Source: an uncultured Acidobacteriota bacterium
Lineage (GTDB): Bacteria; Acidobacteriota; Terriglobia; Acidiferrales; UBA7541
Assembly (NCBI GenBank): GCA_963842745.1
Contig: CAWJHO010000003.1
Span: 639,544-703,543, forward strand
Reading direction: 5' to 3'
Length of the DNA stretch: 64,000 nt
Made by a program: the position numbers and the translations under genes. Under the pieces are notes generated by a model. The model ran no database searches. It was given only the letters and a program-made list of their open reading frames with translations, and was not told the DNA's origin. Every line of letters starts with the position of its first letter. Position 1 is the stretch's first letter. Below, in pieces: positions 18,119 to 26,815 of the stretch.

Positions 18119-19462
18119 ATGTTTGAGAACCTGACAGAAAAGCTGCAACGAACATTCAAGAACCTGCGCGGCCAGGGAAAGCTCACCGAGGAGCACCTGG
18201 ATATCGCGCTCGGCGAAATCCGCGAGGCGCTGCTCGATGGCGACGTCAACGTGGGGGTTGCCGACGAACTGCTGGCGAACATTCGCGCGAAAGCATCGGG
18301 CTCGGAAGTAATGCTGCAGCTTTCACCCGATCAGCAGGTGGTCAAGATCGTGCGCGACGAATTGCTCGCGCTGCTCGGCAAACACGCCAAGCCGCTCTTC
18401 GCTTCGCGTCCGCCTTCGGTGTGGATGATCGTGGGCTTGCAAGGTTCGGGCAAAACCACCACCACCGGCAAGCTCGCCAAATGGCTCGCGCAGCACGGGC
18501 ATCGCCCCATCGTGGTCTCCACGGACGTGTATCGCCCCGCAGCCCGCGAACAGCTCGCGCAAGTCGCCAAATCCGTCGGCATACCGCTGTGGCCGGGCAC
18601 AGGCACCGATAAGCCGGTCGAAATCGTGCGCGGCGCGATTAAGGAAGCGAAACTCTCGGCGAGCGACGTCATCCTGGTTGACACCGCCGGCCGTTTGCAT
18701 ATTGACGATGACTTGATGAACGAACTTTCCGTGCTGAAGAAGGAATTGCAGCCAAGTGAGATGCTGTTCATCGCCGACGCCATGATTGGGCAGGACGCAG
18801 TGCGCTCGGCGGGTGAATTCCACAAGCGGCTGGGCCTGACCGGCGTGATCCTGACCAAGCTGGACGGCGATGCGCGCGGTGGCGCGGCGCTTTCGATCAG
18901 CAAGGTGTCCGGAGCGCCGGTGAAGTTCGTAGGCCTGGGCGAGAAATACGACGCGCTGGAAGGCTTTTACCCGGAGCGCATCGTCTCGCGCGTGCTGGGC
19001 ATGGGCGATATTCTCTCGCTGATCGAGCGCGCCGAATCGGCCTTCGACAAGAAGGCGGCGATGGAACTGGAGCGCAAGCTCCGCAAGGAAGAGTTCACGC
19101 TGGAAGATTTCCGCGACCAATTGCGGCAAATCCGCAAGATGGGCCCGCTGGACCAGTTGATGGACATGCTGCCGAAGGTCGGGCCGCTCCAGAATCTGCC
19201 CAAAAACGCGTCCGTGGATGAGAAAAAATTGAAGCAGGTGGAAGCGATAATCAACTCGATGACCAACGAGGAGCGCCGCGACCACAACGTGATTGACGGC
19301 AAGCGCCGCAAGCGCATCGCCAAGGGCAGCGGCACCTCCGTGCAGGAAGTCAACCAGGTCATCAAGCAATACATGCAGATGCGGCAGATGATGAAGCAGT
19401 ATGGGGCGATGGCTGCGCGCGCGAAGATGAAAGGCCTGGGCAAACTCGCGGGCATGGGTTGA
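18119..19462 (+). CDS. ffh: signal recognition particle protein Ffh
   Basis: 447 aa with GTPase motifs [20 protein letters not shown] and TKLDGD, plus a Met-rich M domain. Confidence 0.97.
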   Translation: MFENLTEKLQRTFKNLRGQGKLTEEHLDIALGEIREALLDGDVNVGVADELLANIRAKASGSEVMLQLSPDQQVVKIVRDELLALLGKHAKPLFASRPPSVWMIVGLQGSGKTTTTGKLAKWLAQHGHRPIVVSTDVYRPAAREQLAQVAKSVGIPLWPGTGTDKPVEIVRGAIKEAKLSASDVILVDTAGRLHIDDDLMNELSVLKKELQPSEMLFIADAMIGQDAVRSAGEFHKRLGLTGVILTKLDGDARGGAALSISKVSGAPVKFVGLGEKYDALEGFYPERIVSRVLGMGDILSLIERAESAFDKKAAMELERKLRKEEFTLEDFRDQLRQIRKMGPLDQLMDMLPKVGPLQNLPKNASVDEKKLKQVEAIINSMTNEERRDHNVIDGKRRKRIAKGSGTSVQEVNQVIKQYMQMRQMMKQYGAMAARAKMKGLGKLAGMG

Positions 19463-19665
19463 AGCTGCTATTTCACCGCCAGACACTGGAACTCCTTGGC
19501 GTGCATATTTTCGGGGAAGACGCGACGGAACTCCTACACATCGGTCAGGCGGTTCTTTTGTTGAAGGGCAAAATCACGTATTTCATCAACGCGGTCTTCA
19601 ATTACCCCATGCTGGCAGAGTGCTACAAGGCAGCCGCGTTCAACGGCCTGAGCCGGCTGGGCTGA
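19459..19665 (+). pseudogene. C-terminal relic (68 codons) of a soluble pyridine nucleotide transhydrogenase (SthA/UdhA-like flavoprotein)
   Basis: [67 protein letters not shown] aligns by eye with the E. coli SthA C-terminus as I recall it ([32 protein letters not shown]...[28 protein letters not shown]). The N-terminal ~400 codons are absent. The open frame starts inside the ffh stop codon. Confidence 0.7.
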
Positions 19666-19782
19666 CGTTCCTCCACAGAAGAGGCGGTGGCGCGCCGGGG
19701 CAGCGCAGCATATAATCGCGACGCTAGCTGGTCCGAGCCAGATTCTTGTGCGCGGAATGTACCGCGTTTCAAAGGAAAATTT

Positions 19783-21759
19783 ATGAAACTGAAGAATTCG
19801 ATTGTAGGGCTGATTGTGTTCGGTTTCTTCTTGAGCGCCGGGTCATTTCTGGAAACGGCCGAGGCGCAGACAACCGAGGCACCTGCCAAGTACCCGGATT
19901 TCCCGAGCGAGACACCGGCGAAACTTGTGCCCACGACCAGCAGCTTTGATTACGAGAAGCGCGAGGTGATGATCCCGATGCGCGATGGCGTGAAACTCCA
20001 CACCGTCATCGTGGTGCCAAAGGGCGCGAAGAACGCCCCCATGCTGCTCACGCGAACGCCGTACAACGCCACGGAACAGACCGGCCATGCGGCAAGCGCG
20101 CACCTGGGTCCGATCTTGAACGGGTACGACAACGTAACCGATGTGATTGTGGAGGACGGCTATATCCGCGTGGTGCAGGACATTCGCGGGAAATATCGTT
20201 CAGAGGGCGACTACGTAATGACGCGGCCTTTGCACGGGCCACTTAACCCGACGCCGGTGGATCATTCGACGGACACCTACGACACGATCGAATGGCTCGT
20301 GAAAAACGTGCCCGAAAGTAACAGCAAGGTGGGGATTCTGGGCATTTCCTACGACGGATTTCTGCCGCTGATGGCGCTGGTGAATCCCCACCCGGCGCTC
20401 AAGGTGGCTGTGCCCATGAACCCGATGGTGGATGGCTGGAAGGGAGACGACTGGTTTCACAACGGTGCGTTTCGCGAACAAAACATGCCCTATCTTTACG
20501 AGCAAGAAGGGACGCGGGCAAACGAAGCGGTTTGGTGGAAAAGCACGTTCGACGACTACGACACGTACATGAGAGCCGGATCCGCGGGAGAACTGGGGCG
20601 GCAACATGGCCTCGAACAAATAGGCATCTGGCGGAAAATTCTGGCACATCCGAGTTATGACTCTTTCTGGCAGCAACAGGCCATGGACCAGATCCTCGCG
20701 GCCCAACCAGTGAAGGTTCCGACCATGCTGGTGGCCGGCCTTTGGGATCAGGAAGACATCTATGGGGCGACGGCGGTGTACAAGGCCATCAAGCCAAGAG
20801 ACGCGGAGAGCGACAGAGTATTTTTGGTTCTCGGGCCGTGGTTTCACGGGCAACAGATCGGCGACGGCAGTTCCTTGGGCCGGCTGAAATTTGGAATGGA
20901 TACTGGCCTGTATTTCCGGAAAGAAATTCTGCGGCCATTCCTGGCGCAGTATTTGAAGGATGGAGCGCCCAAGGCCGATGTGGCGCCGGTGACAGCGTTT
21001 GAAACGGGAACGAATATCTGGAGGCGACTGCCGGCCTGGCCTGCCGGTTGCGCAAGCGGGTGCACGGTGAAGTCAACTCCACTCTATTTGTCCGCGGGCC
21101 TCAAACTGAGCCAATCTGCTCCAGAGGCGGAGGGATCGGCATTCGATGAATATGTGTCTGATCCCGCCAAACCGGTGCCGTTTCGTTCAAGGCCCATTCA
21201 GTCGATCGGTTATGACAACGAACATACTTGGAGGCAGTGGCTGGTGGATGACCAGCGGGAGGCATCCGGGCGGCCTGATGTGCTGGTATTTGAATCGGAA
21301 GTTTTGAATGCACCGGTCAAAATCAGCGGGCAGCCCATCGCGAATCTCGTGACTTCGACTAGCGGAACCGATTCGGATTGGGTCGTGAAACTGATCGATG
21401 TGTATCCAGACGAGGTGGCGGGAGATCCGGCGATGGGCGGATACGAGTTGATGATTGCGGCGGATATCTTCCGGGGGCGGTATCGCGAAAGCCTGGAGAG
21501 CGCAAAGGCGATTGCCAGCGACAAGCCGCTCCTCTACCGATTTGCCCTGCCGAATGCCAACCACGTGTTTTTGCCGCGGCACCGGATCATGGTGCAGATC
21601 CAGTCCAGTTGGTTCCCGCTGTACGACCGGAATCCGCAGACGTTTGTCCCGAATATCTTCTGGGCCAAGCCGCAGGATTACAAGAAGGCGTTGCAGCGCG
21701 TCTATCATGCCCCCGGCCAGGAGAGCTTTGTGGAGCTTCCGGTGGTCGAGAAGCCCTGA
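19783..21759 (+). CDS. CocE/NonD-family hydrolase (S15 X-Pro dipeptidyl-peptidase-like), secreted
   Basis: Signal peptide MKLKNSIVGLIVFGFFLSAGSFLETAEA. LLTRTPYN motif, nucleophile motif GISYDG and a C-terminal beta-sandwich domain. ATG 19783 has an AAAGGAAAA SD. The track start at 19687 is upstream. Confidence 0.9.
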   Translation: MKLKNSIVGLIVFGFFLSAGSFLETAEAQTTEAPAKYPDFPSETPAKLVPTTSSFDYEKREVMIPMRDGVKLHTVIVVPKGAKNAPMLLTRTPYNATEQTGHAASAHLGPILNGYDNVTDVIVEDGYIRVVQDIRGKYRSEGDYVMTRPLHGPLNPTPVDHSTDTYDTIEWLVKNVPESNSKVGILGISYDGFLPLMALVNPHPALKVAVPMNPMVDGWKGDDWFHNGAFREQNMPYLYEQEGTRANEAVWWKSTFDDYDTYMRAGSAGELGRQHGLEQIGIWRKILAHPSYDSFWQQQAMDQILAAQPVKVPTMLVAGLWDQEDIYGATAVYKAIKPRDAESDRVFLVLGPWFHGQQIGDGSSLGRLKFGMDTGLYFRKEILRPFLAQYLKDGAPKADVAPVTAFETGTNIWRRLPAWPAGCASGCTVKSTPLYLSAGLKLSQSAPEAEGSAFDEYVSDPAKPVPFRSRPIQSIGYDNEHTWRQWLVDDQREASGRPDVLVFESEVLNAPVKISGQPIANLVTSTSGTDSDWVVKLIDVYPDEVAGDPAMGGYELMIAADIFRGRYRESLESAKAIASDKPLLYRFALPNANHVFLPRHRIMVQIQSSWFPLYDRNPQTFVPNIFWAKPQDYKKALQRVYHAPGQESFVELPVVEKP

Positions 21760-21822
21760 GGGAGTGCGAACGAGAGGGCATTTTCGAGGGGCCCAGCCGG
21801 ACCTTTAGAGAAGCAGGATAGT

Positions 21823-21852
21823 TTGCCGGGGGGCGTGGAGTCACGCTAGAAT
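21823..21852 (+). promoter_or_regulatory. candidate promoter of the rpsP operon (TTGCCG-N18-TAGAAT)
   Basis: Hexamers at 21823-21828 and 21847-21852. AGGAGGA SD and the GTG start of rpsP follow. Confidence 0.4.
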
Positions 21853-21879
21853 GGAGGCTCTTTAGGAGGACGTACTTTA

Positions 21880-22119
21880 GTGCTAACGATTCGTTTGGCC
21901 AGGATTGGCAAGAAGAAGAAGCCGTTTTACCGCGTGGTTGTCATCGAGCGGACCCGGGCGCGCGACGGTCGCGTACGAGAAGCAGTGGGTACTTATGACC
22001 CGTTGAAGAAGCCCGCCGAGATCAAGTTGGATTCCGAGCGTATCAAGTACTGGTTGGGTTTGGGGGCCCAGCCCAGCGATACGGTCCGGAGTTTTATCAA
22101 GCTGCAGAAGATTGCCTAG
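21880..22119 (+). CDS. rpsP: 30S ribosomal protein S16
   Basis: MLTIRLARIGKKKKPFYRVVV... (79 aa). GTG start with an AGGAGGA SD. Confidence 0.95.
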   Translation: MLTIRLARIGKKKKPFYRVVVIERTRARDGRVREAVGTYDPLKKPAEIKLDSERIKYWLGLGAQPSDTVRSFIKLQKIA

Positions 22120-22220
22120 CAAGCCGGGTCAGGTCATCGGTTTTCCCGCGTCCTCTGACGGAATTGGGGAGGGGTCGCTTGCATTCGCTTGAGTAGTGAC
22201 ACGCTCGCGCGGAGGACCCC

Positions 22221-22454
22221 ATGAAGGAACTAGTTGAAGAAATAGCCCGTGCCCTCGTTGACCATCCGGAAGGCGTGCAAGTGAAGGCGGTTGAGGGATC
22301 ACAGGTAACCGTCTTGGAGTTGCGGGTCCATCCGGAGGATTTAGGCAAGGTCATCGGGCGCCAGGGGCGCACGGCCAAGGCCATCCGCACGCTGCTTGGT
22401 GCGGCCGGTATGAAACTCCACAAACGCTTCACCCTCGAGATTCTGGAAGATTGA
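22221..22454 (+). CDS. KH-domain RNA-binding protein (YlqC/UPF0109)
   Basis: 77 aa with the KH motif [16 protein letters not shown]. It occupies the usual slot between rpsP and rimM. Confidence 0.9.
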   Translation: MKELVEEIARALVDHPEGVQVKAVEGSQVTVLELRVHPEDLGKVIGRQGRTAKAIRTLLGAAGMKLHKRFTLEILED

Positions 22455-23062
22455 GCAATTCCCACCAAACAACGCAGCGATGGGTACAAGTTGCCAGAGT
22501 AGTGCGTCCGCGCGGCAATAAGGGCGAAGTGGCCGCGGAATTGTTCACCGACTTTCCATCACGCCTCTCTTCGCTGAAATCCATTTATCTGCGCAAAGAT
22601 GCGGGCGAGCCCAGGCGCGTCGGCTTGCTGAATTTCTGGATCGACCGCAATCATCCCGGCCAGGGTGTCTTCCATTTCGAGGGCTGCGGCAGCATCGGCG
22701 AAGCGGAATCGTTGCGCGGGCTGGATGTGCTGCTCCCCATCGAAGAGCGTGTGGAACTGCCCGCAGGCCACTATTTTGTGACCGACCTTATGGGCTGCAC
22801 GGTGTTCGAGTTGCCGAAAACCCCAACAAAACTGGCGTCGCCCGCTTGTGCTGCAGAAGAAGCGCCGCGCGTGCTGGGAACGGTCCGCGATGTCTTTTTC
22901 CCGGGGGAAGGCGTGGCCGGCACGCCGCTCCTCCAGGTGGAAACGTCTGTTGGCGAAGTACTGATCCCTCTCGCGGAAGAAATTTGCGCGCGCATTGACG
23001 TGGCCGCCCGGCGCATTGAAGTACACTTGCCGGAAGGGTTGAAAGACCTGGATGCTACGTAG
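22451..23062 (+). CDS. rimM: 16S rRNA processing protein RimM
   Basis: 203 aa. [24 protein letters not shown]-terminal barrel and a PRC-barrel C-terminus. TTGA overlap with the upstream stop. Confidence 0.9.
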   Translation: MSNSHQTTQRWVQVARVVRPRGNKGEVAAELFTDFPSRLSSLKSIYLRKDAGEPRRVGLLNFWIDRNHPGQGVFHFEGCGSIGEAESLRGLDVLLPIEERVELPAGHYFVTDLMGCTVFELPKTPTKLASPACAAEEAPRVLGTVRDVFFPGEGVAGTPLLQVETSVGEVLIPLAEEICARIDVAARRIEVHLPEGLKDLDAT

Positions 23063-23118
23063 CATGCCGGAGGGTTTCTTCCTTCGCGCGAACTGGGCCT
23101 CTGTTAGACTTTCCTGCA

Positions 23119-23877
23119 ATGCGATTTGACCTCATCACCATCTTTCCGGAATTCTTTGCCGGGCCGCTGGACCATGGCATCGTGCGCCGCGCCAAGGAGG
23201 CAGGAATCGCAGAGATCCATGTGCAGGACCTGCGCGAGTTCACCAAGGACCGCCACCGCACCGTGGACGACCGGCCGTTCGGCGGCGGCGAAGGCATGGT
23301 GCTGAAACCGGAGCCGCTGTTTGAAGCTGTGGAGAAGTTATTGGGTCGTAGCGTGGGAGACGCGGAGAATCGCGTGCCGCCGGAAGCGGGAACCGCCATC
23401 GTGCTGATGTCCGCAGCGGGGCGCTTGTTCACGCAGGAGACAGCGCGGCGCTACGCGAAGCTGGAGAGATTGATTCTGATTTGCGGGCGGTATGAAGGCG
23501 TGGACGAGCGCGTGGCCGAATTCCTGGCCAGCGAAGAGCTTTCGATCGGGGACTACGTCTTGAGCGGGGGAGAGTTGCCAGCCGCCATAGTTGTGGATGC
23601 GGTGACGCGGTTATTACCGGGAGCGCTGGGCAACGAAGCTTCCACGGAAAACGAATCTTTCAGCCAGCTTGAGGAGTTGCAATCTGCCAACACCGCTGCG
23701 ATTGCACCATCGCGCCAAGCAAAACTCCTGCTTGATTTCCCGCACTACACGCGTCCCGCGGAATTTCGCGGCTGGAAAGTGCCCGACGTCCTGATCGGCG
23801 GCCACCATGCCGAAGTGGCCAAATGGCGCCGCCAGCAAGCCACAGAGAAGACGCGGCGAAACCGGCCGGATCTGTAG
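23119..23877 (+). CDS. trmD: tRNA (guanine37-N1)-methyltransferase
   Basis: [23 protein letters not shown] and [14 protein letters not shown] motifs. Confidence 0.95.
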   Translation: MRFDLITIFPEFFAGPLDHGIVRRAKEAGIAEIHVQDLREFTKDRHRTVDDRPFGGGEGMVLKPEPLFEAVEKLLGRSVGDAENRVPPEAGTAIVLMSAAGRLFTQETARRYAKLERLILICGRYEGVDERVAEFLASEELSIGDYVLSGGELPAAIVVDAVTRLLPGALGNEASTENESFSQLEELQSANTAAIAPSRQAKLLLDFPHYTRPAEFRGWKVPDVLIGGHHAEVAKWRRQQATEKTRRNRPDL

Positions 23878-23990
23878 ATCGGCGCCGGCACTCGAATAAC
23901 GACTAGGATTTCCGTGACACCCTGTCTATAATGGTAGTTTGCCTTGGAAGGGCTGGCCCCGCCTGAGTGGGTCTGCAGGGAACACAGAAA

Positions 23991-24383
23991 ATGAATCCGG
24001 TAATTCGTAAGTTGCACGAAGCGCAATTGCGCAAAGACCTCCCCGAGTTCCGCCCCGGCGACACCGTGCGGGTGAACGTCCGCCTGCTGGAAGGCGAAGG
24101 CGAAAAGGTCAAGGAACGTATCCAGTCGTTTGAAGGCGTGGTGATCTCGAAGAAGGGCCGGGCCAGCAGCGCCACCTTTACGGTGCGCCGCGTGAGCTTC
24201 GGGACCGGCGTGGAGCGCATTTTCCCGCTGCATTCGCCCTCGATTGCCTCAATCGATGTAGTCGGCAAGGGCAGCGTGCGCCGCGCCCGCCTGTACTATC
24301 TGCGCGACCTTCGGGGCAAGGCCGCCCGCATCAAGCGCGCCGCCCGCGAGGAAGCCGCTCCCGAGCCCGCAGTCAAGGCCTAA
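23991..24383 (+). CDS. rplS: 50S ribosomal protein L19
   Basis: The family N-terminus [28 protein letters not shown] begins at ATG 23991. The track ORF starts 8 codons earlier. Confidence 0.95.
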   Translation: MNPVIRKLHEAQLRKDLPEFRPGDTVRVNVRLLEGEGEKVKERIQSFEGVVISKKGRASSATFTVRRVSFGTGVERIFPLHSPSIASIDVVGKGSVRRARLYYLRDLRGKAARIKRAAREEAAPEPAVKA

Positions 24384-24408
24384 GCAGCATCTCCAATTTG
24401 ATCTCACC

Positions 24409-24444
24409 GGGGGACAAGCCAGCGCCTGTCCCCTTTTTCTTTTT
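24409..24444 (+). terminator. intrinsic terminator after rplS
   Basis: GGGGACA / TGTCCCC stem (24409-24415 / 24427-24433) followed by TTTTTCTTTTT. Confidence 0.8.
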
Positions 24445-24511
24445 CCGGTGTTTTGAGAATGTGCCACAATCTTGTTCTCGGGTAAGCGTGAAAAAGAATG
24501 CTGCCGCCAAA

Positions 24512-25840
24512 ATGAGATTATTGCATCCAATCTATGTTTGCGGGTTCCTGGCATCTTCTCTGATCGCTGGCCAAGAACAGCCGTCTACAGACTGGCATAG
24601 CCATGACCTTTCCTTTCGCGTCCTGAACATAGCGAGTGCTGGGCACTTGTTATGGGTCTGCGGGACTGACGAAAGTATCGCGGTTTCTTCCGACAACGGG
24701 GTACATTGGCAAGTGAGGCACCAGACGATGGACGGCGGTTTGCTTTTGAATATTGATTTTGCAGACGCGAAATTTGGTTATGCAGCAGGGACTGGCGGCG
24801 TCATTCTTACGACCGTGGACGGGGGCGAAACCTGGCTGCCACATGCTGGGATCAATGAAACGATTTTGCAGGTTTCCTTTGCTGACCTGCAGCATGGAAT
24901 CATACGGACGCCTGCATCACTGCTGTTCACAGTTGACGGAGGATTGCACTGGTCGACGGTATCCGCAGAACAGAATTCCGAGGATATAAAGCAATTTCCC
25001 TATACGTTCTCACTGGTTGCCCTGGATGGTTCGCACATGGCAGTGATGTTGAAGCAGGGCACGGCACAATATGAGTCCCAGGCTTTTCTGTCCACGCAAG
25101 ATTCAGGAAAGTCCTGGAGTTTCGTGAACATACCGAACGTGACACTCTACAGTTTCCTGCGTGTTGATCGCCAGTATTGGGCAATCGGGACTGAGGTGAT
25201 CCACAAGGACCAACCGGGTGGCGGTTATGCTGTACCCGTTGCCTTGTACTCCTCTGACGGGCAGAAGTGGAACCATTCCGCGGGTGATCTTTCCTCATGC
25301 AAACTCGAAATGTGCACGGTGTGTAATACCCAGGGCTGCTTTTCTTCGAATGGGGTAATTTCGCGAGTGTTTTTGGAAAAGACAACCTACAGTGCATTCC
25401 CTAGCAACAAGGAGTTGACCCCAAAGTGGGGATCGACCGATTCCACAATCTGTTTTGTGGGTAGTCACCTGCAGTGTGCAGCGTTGCAAGATCTGCCGCA
25501 CGCCCCCGGCAGTGCTGGTTCTCCGGTGCCGACTGTTGTCGGTCCCGGCTCTCTAGGTGCTCTCGTTTCACAGGGGCCCCGGTGCATTGTTTGTGGTCTT
25601 GACAGGATTTTCATCGACCAAAGAGCGCAGGGTGCTTACACAATAAAATTGGCGCTTAAAATCGCCAAAAACGGGACCGTGACGAGTACTGATGTTCAAG
25701 GTGCCCCGACACCCGAGGTTAAGTCTCGAATCGAACAGCAGACCCTTCAGTGGATATTCGAACCCTATCTAAAGGATGGGATGCCTGTGAACGTGACGCT
25801 CAACACTGCTGCTAAAGTGAATGTGATCAAGCCGCGATAA
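24512..25840 (+). CDS. secreted BNR/Asp-box beta-propeller protein (Ycf48/sialidase-like) with a TonB-C-like C-terminal domain
   Basis: Five SxDxGxxW-type boxes (SSDNGVHW, TVDGGETW, TVDGGLHW, TQDSGKSW, SSDGQKW). Signal peptide MRLLHPIYVCGFLASSLIAG. The C-terminus looks like TonB_C (KNGTVTSTDV ... LQWIFEPYLKDGMPV). The start must lie after the terminator: ATG 24512 or GTG 24488. Confidence 0.8.
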   Translation: MRLLHPIYVCGFLASSLIAGQEQPSTDWHSHDLSFRVLNIASAGHLLWVCGTDESIAVSSDNGVHWQVRHQTMDGGLLLNIDFADAKFGYAAGTGGVILTTVDGGETWLPHAGINETILQVSFADLQHGIIRTPASLLFTVDGGLHWSTVSAEQNSEDIKQFPYTFSLVALDGSHMAVMLKQGTAQYESQAFLSTQDSGKSWSFVNIPNVTLYSFLRVDRQYWAIGTEVIHKDQPGGGYAVPVALYSSDGQKWNHSAGDLSSCKLEMCTVCNTQGCFSSNGVISRVFLEKTTYSAFPSNKELTPKWGSTDSTICFVGSHLQCAALQDLPHAPGSAGSPVPTVVGPGSLGALVSQGPRCIVCGLDRIFIDQRAQGAYTIKLALKIAKNGTVTSTDVQGAPTPEVKSRIEQQTLQWIFEPYLKDGMPVNVTLNTAAKVNVIKPR

Positions 25841-25945
25841 ATAGTCAAAGCGAACTGTCCCCGTGTACCCGCAGCCTAAACGTGTCAGGCGCACAATGTC
25901 CGTGCCTTCGATGGCGTGGTAAGATGCGAGGCACAGACCACGAAT

Positions 25946-26614
25946 ATGGCGCGACTCTGCTCTTCCCGTTTCGAGCGAGCGGCGCGAAAGCTCGGCTGGA
26001 CCCGCATCGCGGGGCTCGATGAAGCCGGGCGCGGCGCGCTGTTTGGACCCGTTGTCGCCGCGGCCGTAATTCTCAATCCCAAACGTAGAATCCTCGGCCT
26101 GGACGACTCCAAGAAACTCACCGCGGAGCGGCGCCTGGAGCTTGCCGAGCGTATCCGCAAGCACGCCATCGCCTGGGCGGTGGCGGAAGTGGATGCCCAG
26201 CGCATCGACGCTTGGAACATCTACCAGGCCAGCCGACAAGCCATGACCGCCGCGGTGCGACAACTGGCCATACAGCCGGATTACCTCCTGATTGACGCCA
26301 TGGAGCTCGACGTATTGATGGAACAAAAGTCGTTGATCAAAGGCGACGCGCGCAGCGTCTCCATCGCCGCAGCCTCCATCCTGGCGAAGACGCACCGCGA
26401 CGCCCGCATGGAAGAGTGGGACGCCGTCTACCCTCTATATGGCCTCGCGCGGCACAAGGGCTATGCCACGCCGGACCATCTGGAAGCGCTTCGGCTGCAC
26501 GGGCCGACGCCGCTGCACCGCTATTCGTTTGCGCCGGTCAGGGATGCCGGGTGCTGGGCCGCGGGAGCCGTTCAGGAAGCGCTACCGCTGGGAATCTGGC
26601 CCGTCGGAAACTGA
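25946..26614 (+). CDS. rnhB: ribonuclease HII
   Basis: AGLDEAGRGALFGPVVAAAV and DDSKKL motifs. ATG 25946; the track start is at 25916. Confidence 0.9.
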   Translation: MARLCSSRFERAARKLGWTRIAGLDEAGRGALFGPVVAAAVILNPKRRILGLDDSKKLTAERRLELAERIRKHAIAWAVAEVDAQRIDAWNIYQASRQAMTAAVRQLAIQPDYLLIDAMELDVLMEQKSLIKGDARSVSIAAASILAKTHRDARMEEWDAVYPLYGLARHKGYATPDHLEALRLHGPTPLHRYSFAPVRDAGCWAAGAVQEALPLGIWPVGN

Positions 26615-26815
26615 GTCCCTTTCGCCATTTCTTTCCCCGAGGTGGCGTATCAGCTACGGGGATAACTGCCTGCTAACAACCTGCCGCGCTTTCATTGACG
26701 CCCCTCACGAGGGACTGTAGCGTGAAAATGTAGCGTTGTAGACGTCCGAGCGCCTGCAACGCCATCAGGGAGAAAGTCGCGGACGGCTTTCGTAGGGAAG
26801 CTGTCCCTTAAGGGC

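Noticed and set aside
18323-19486. 387-aa minus-strand ORF opposite ffh
   Set aside because: Shadow ORF. ffh on the plus strand has all its GTPase and M-domain motifs. The antisense product is Arg/His/Leu-rich with no recognisable motif.
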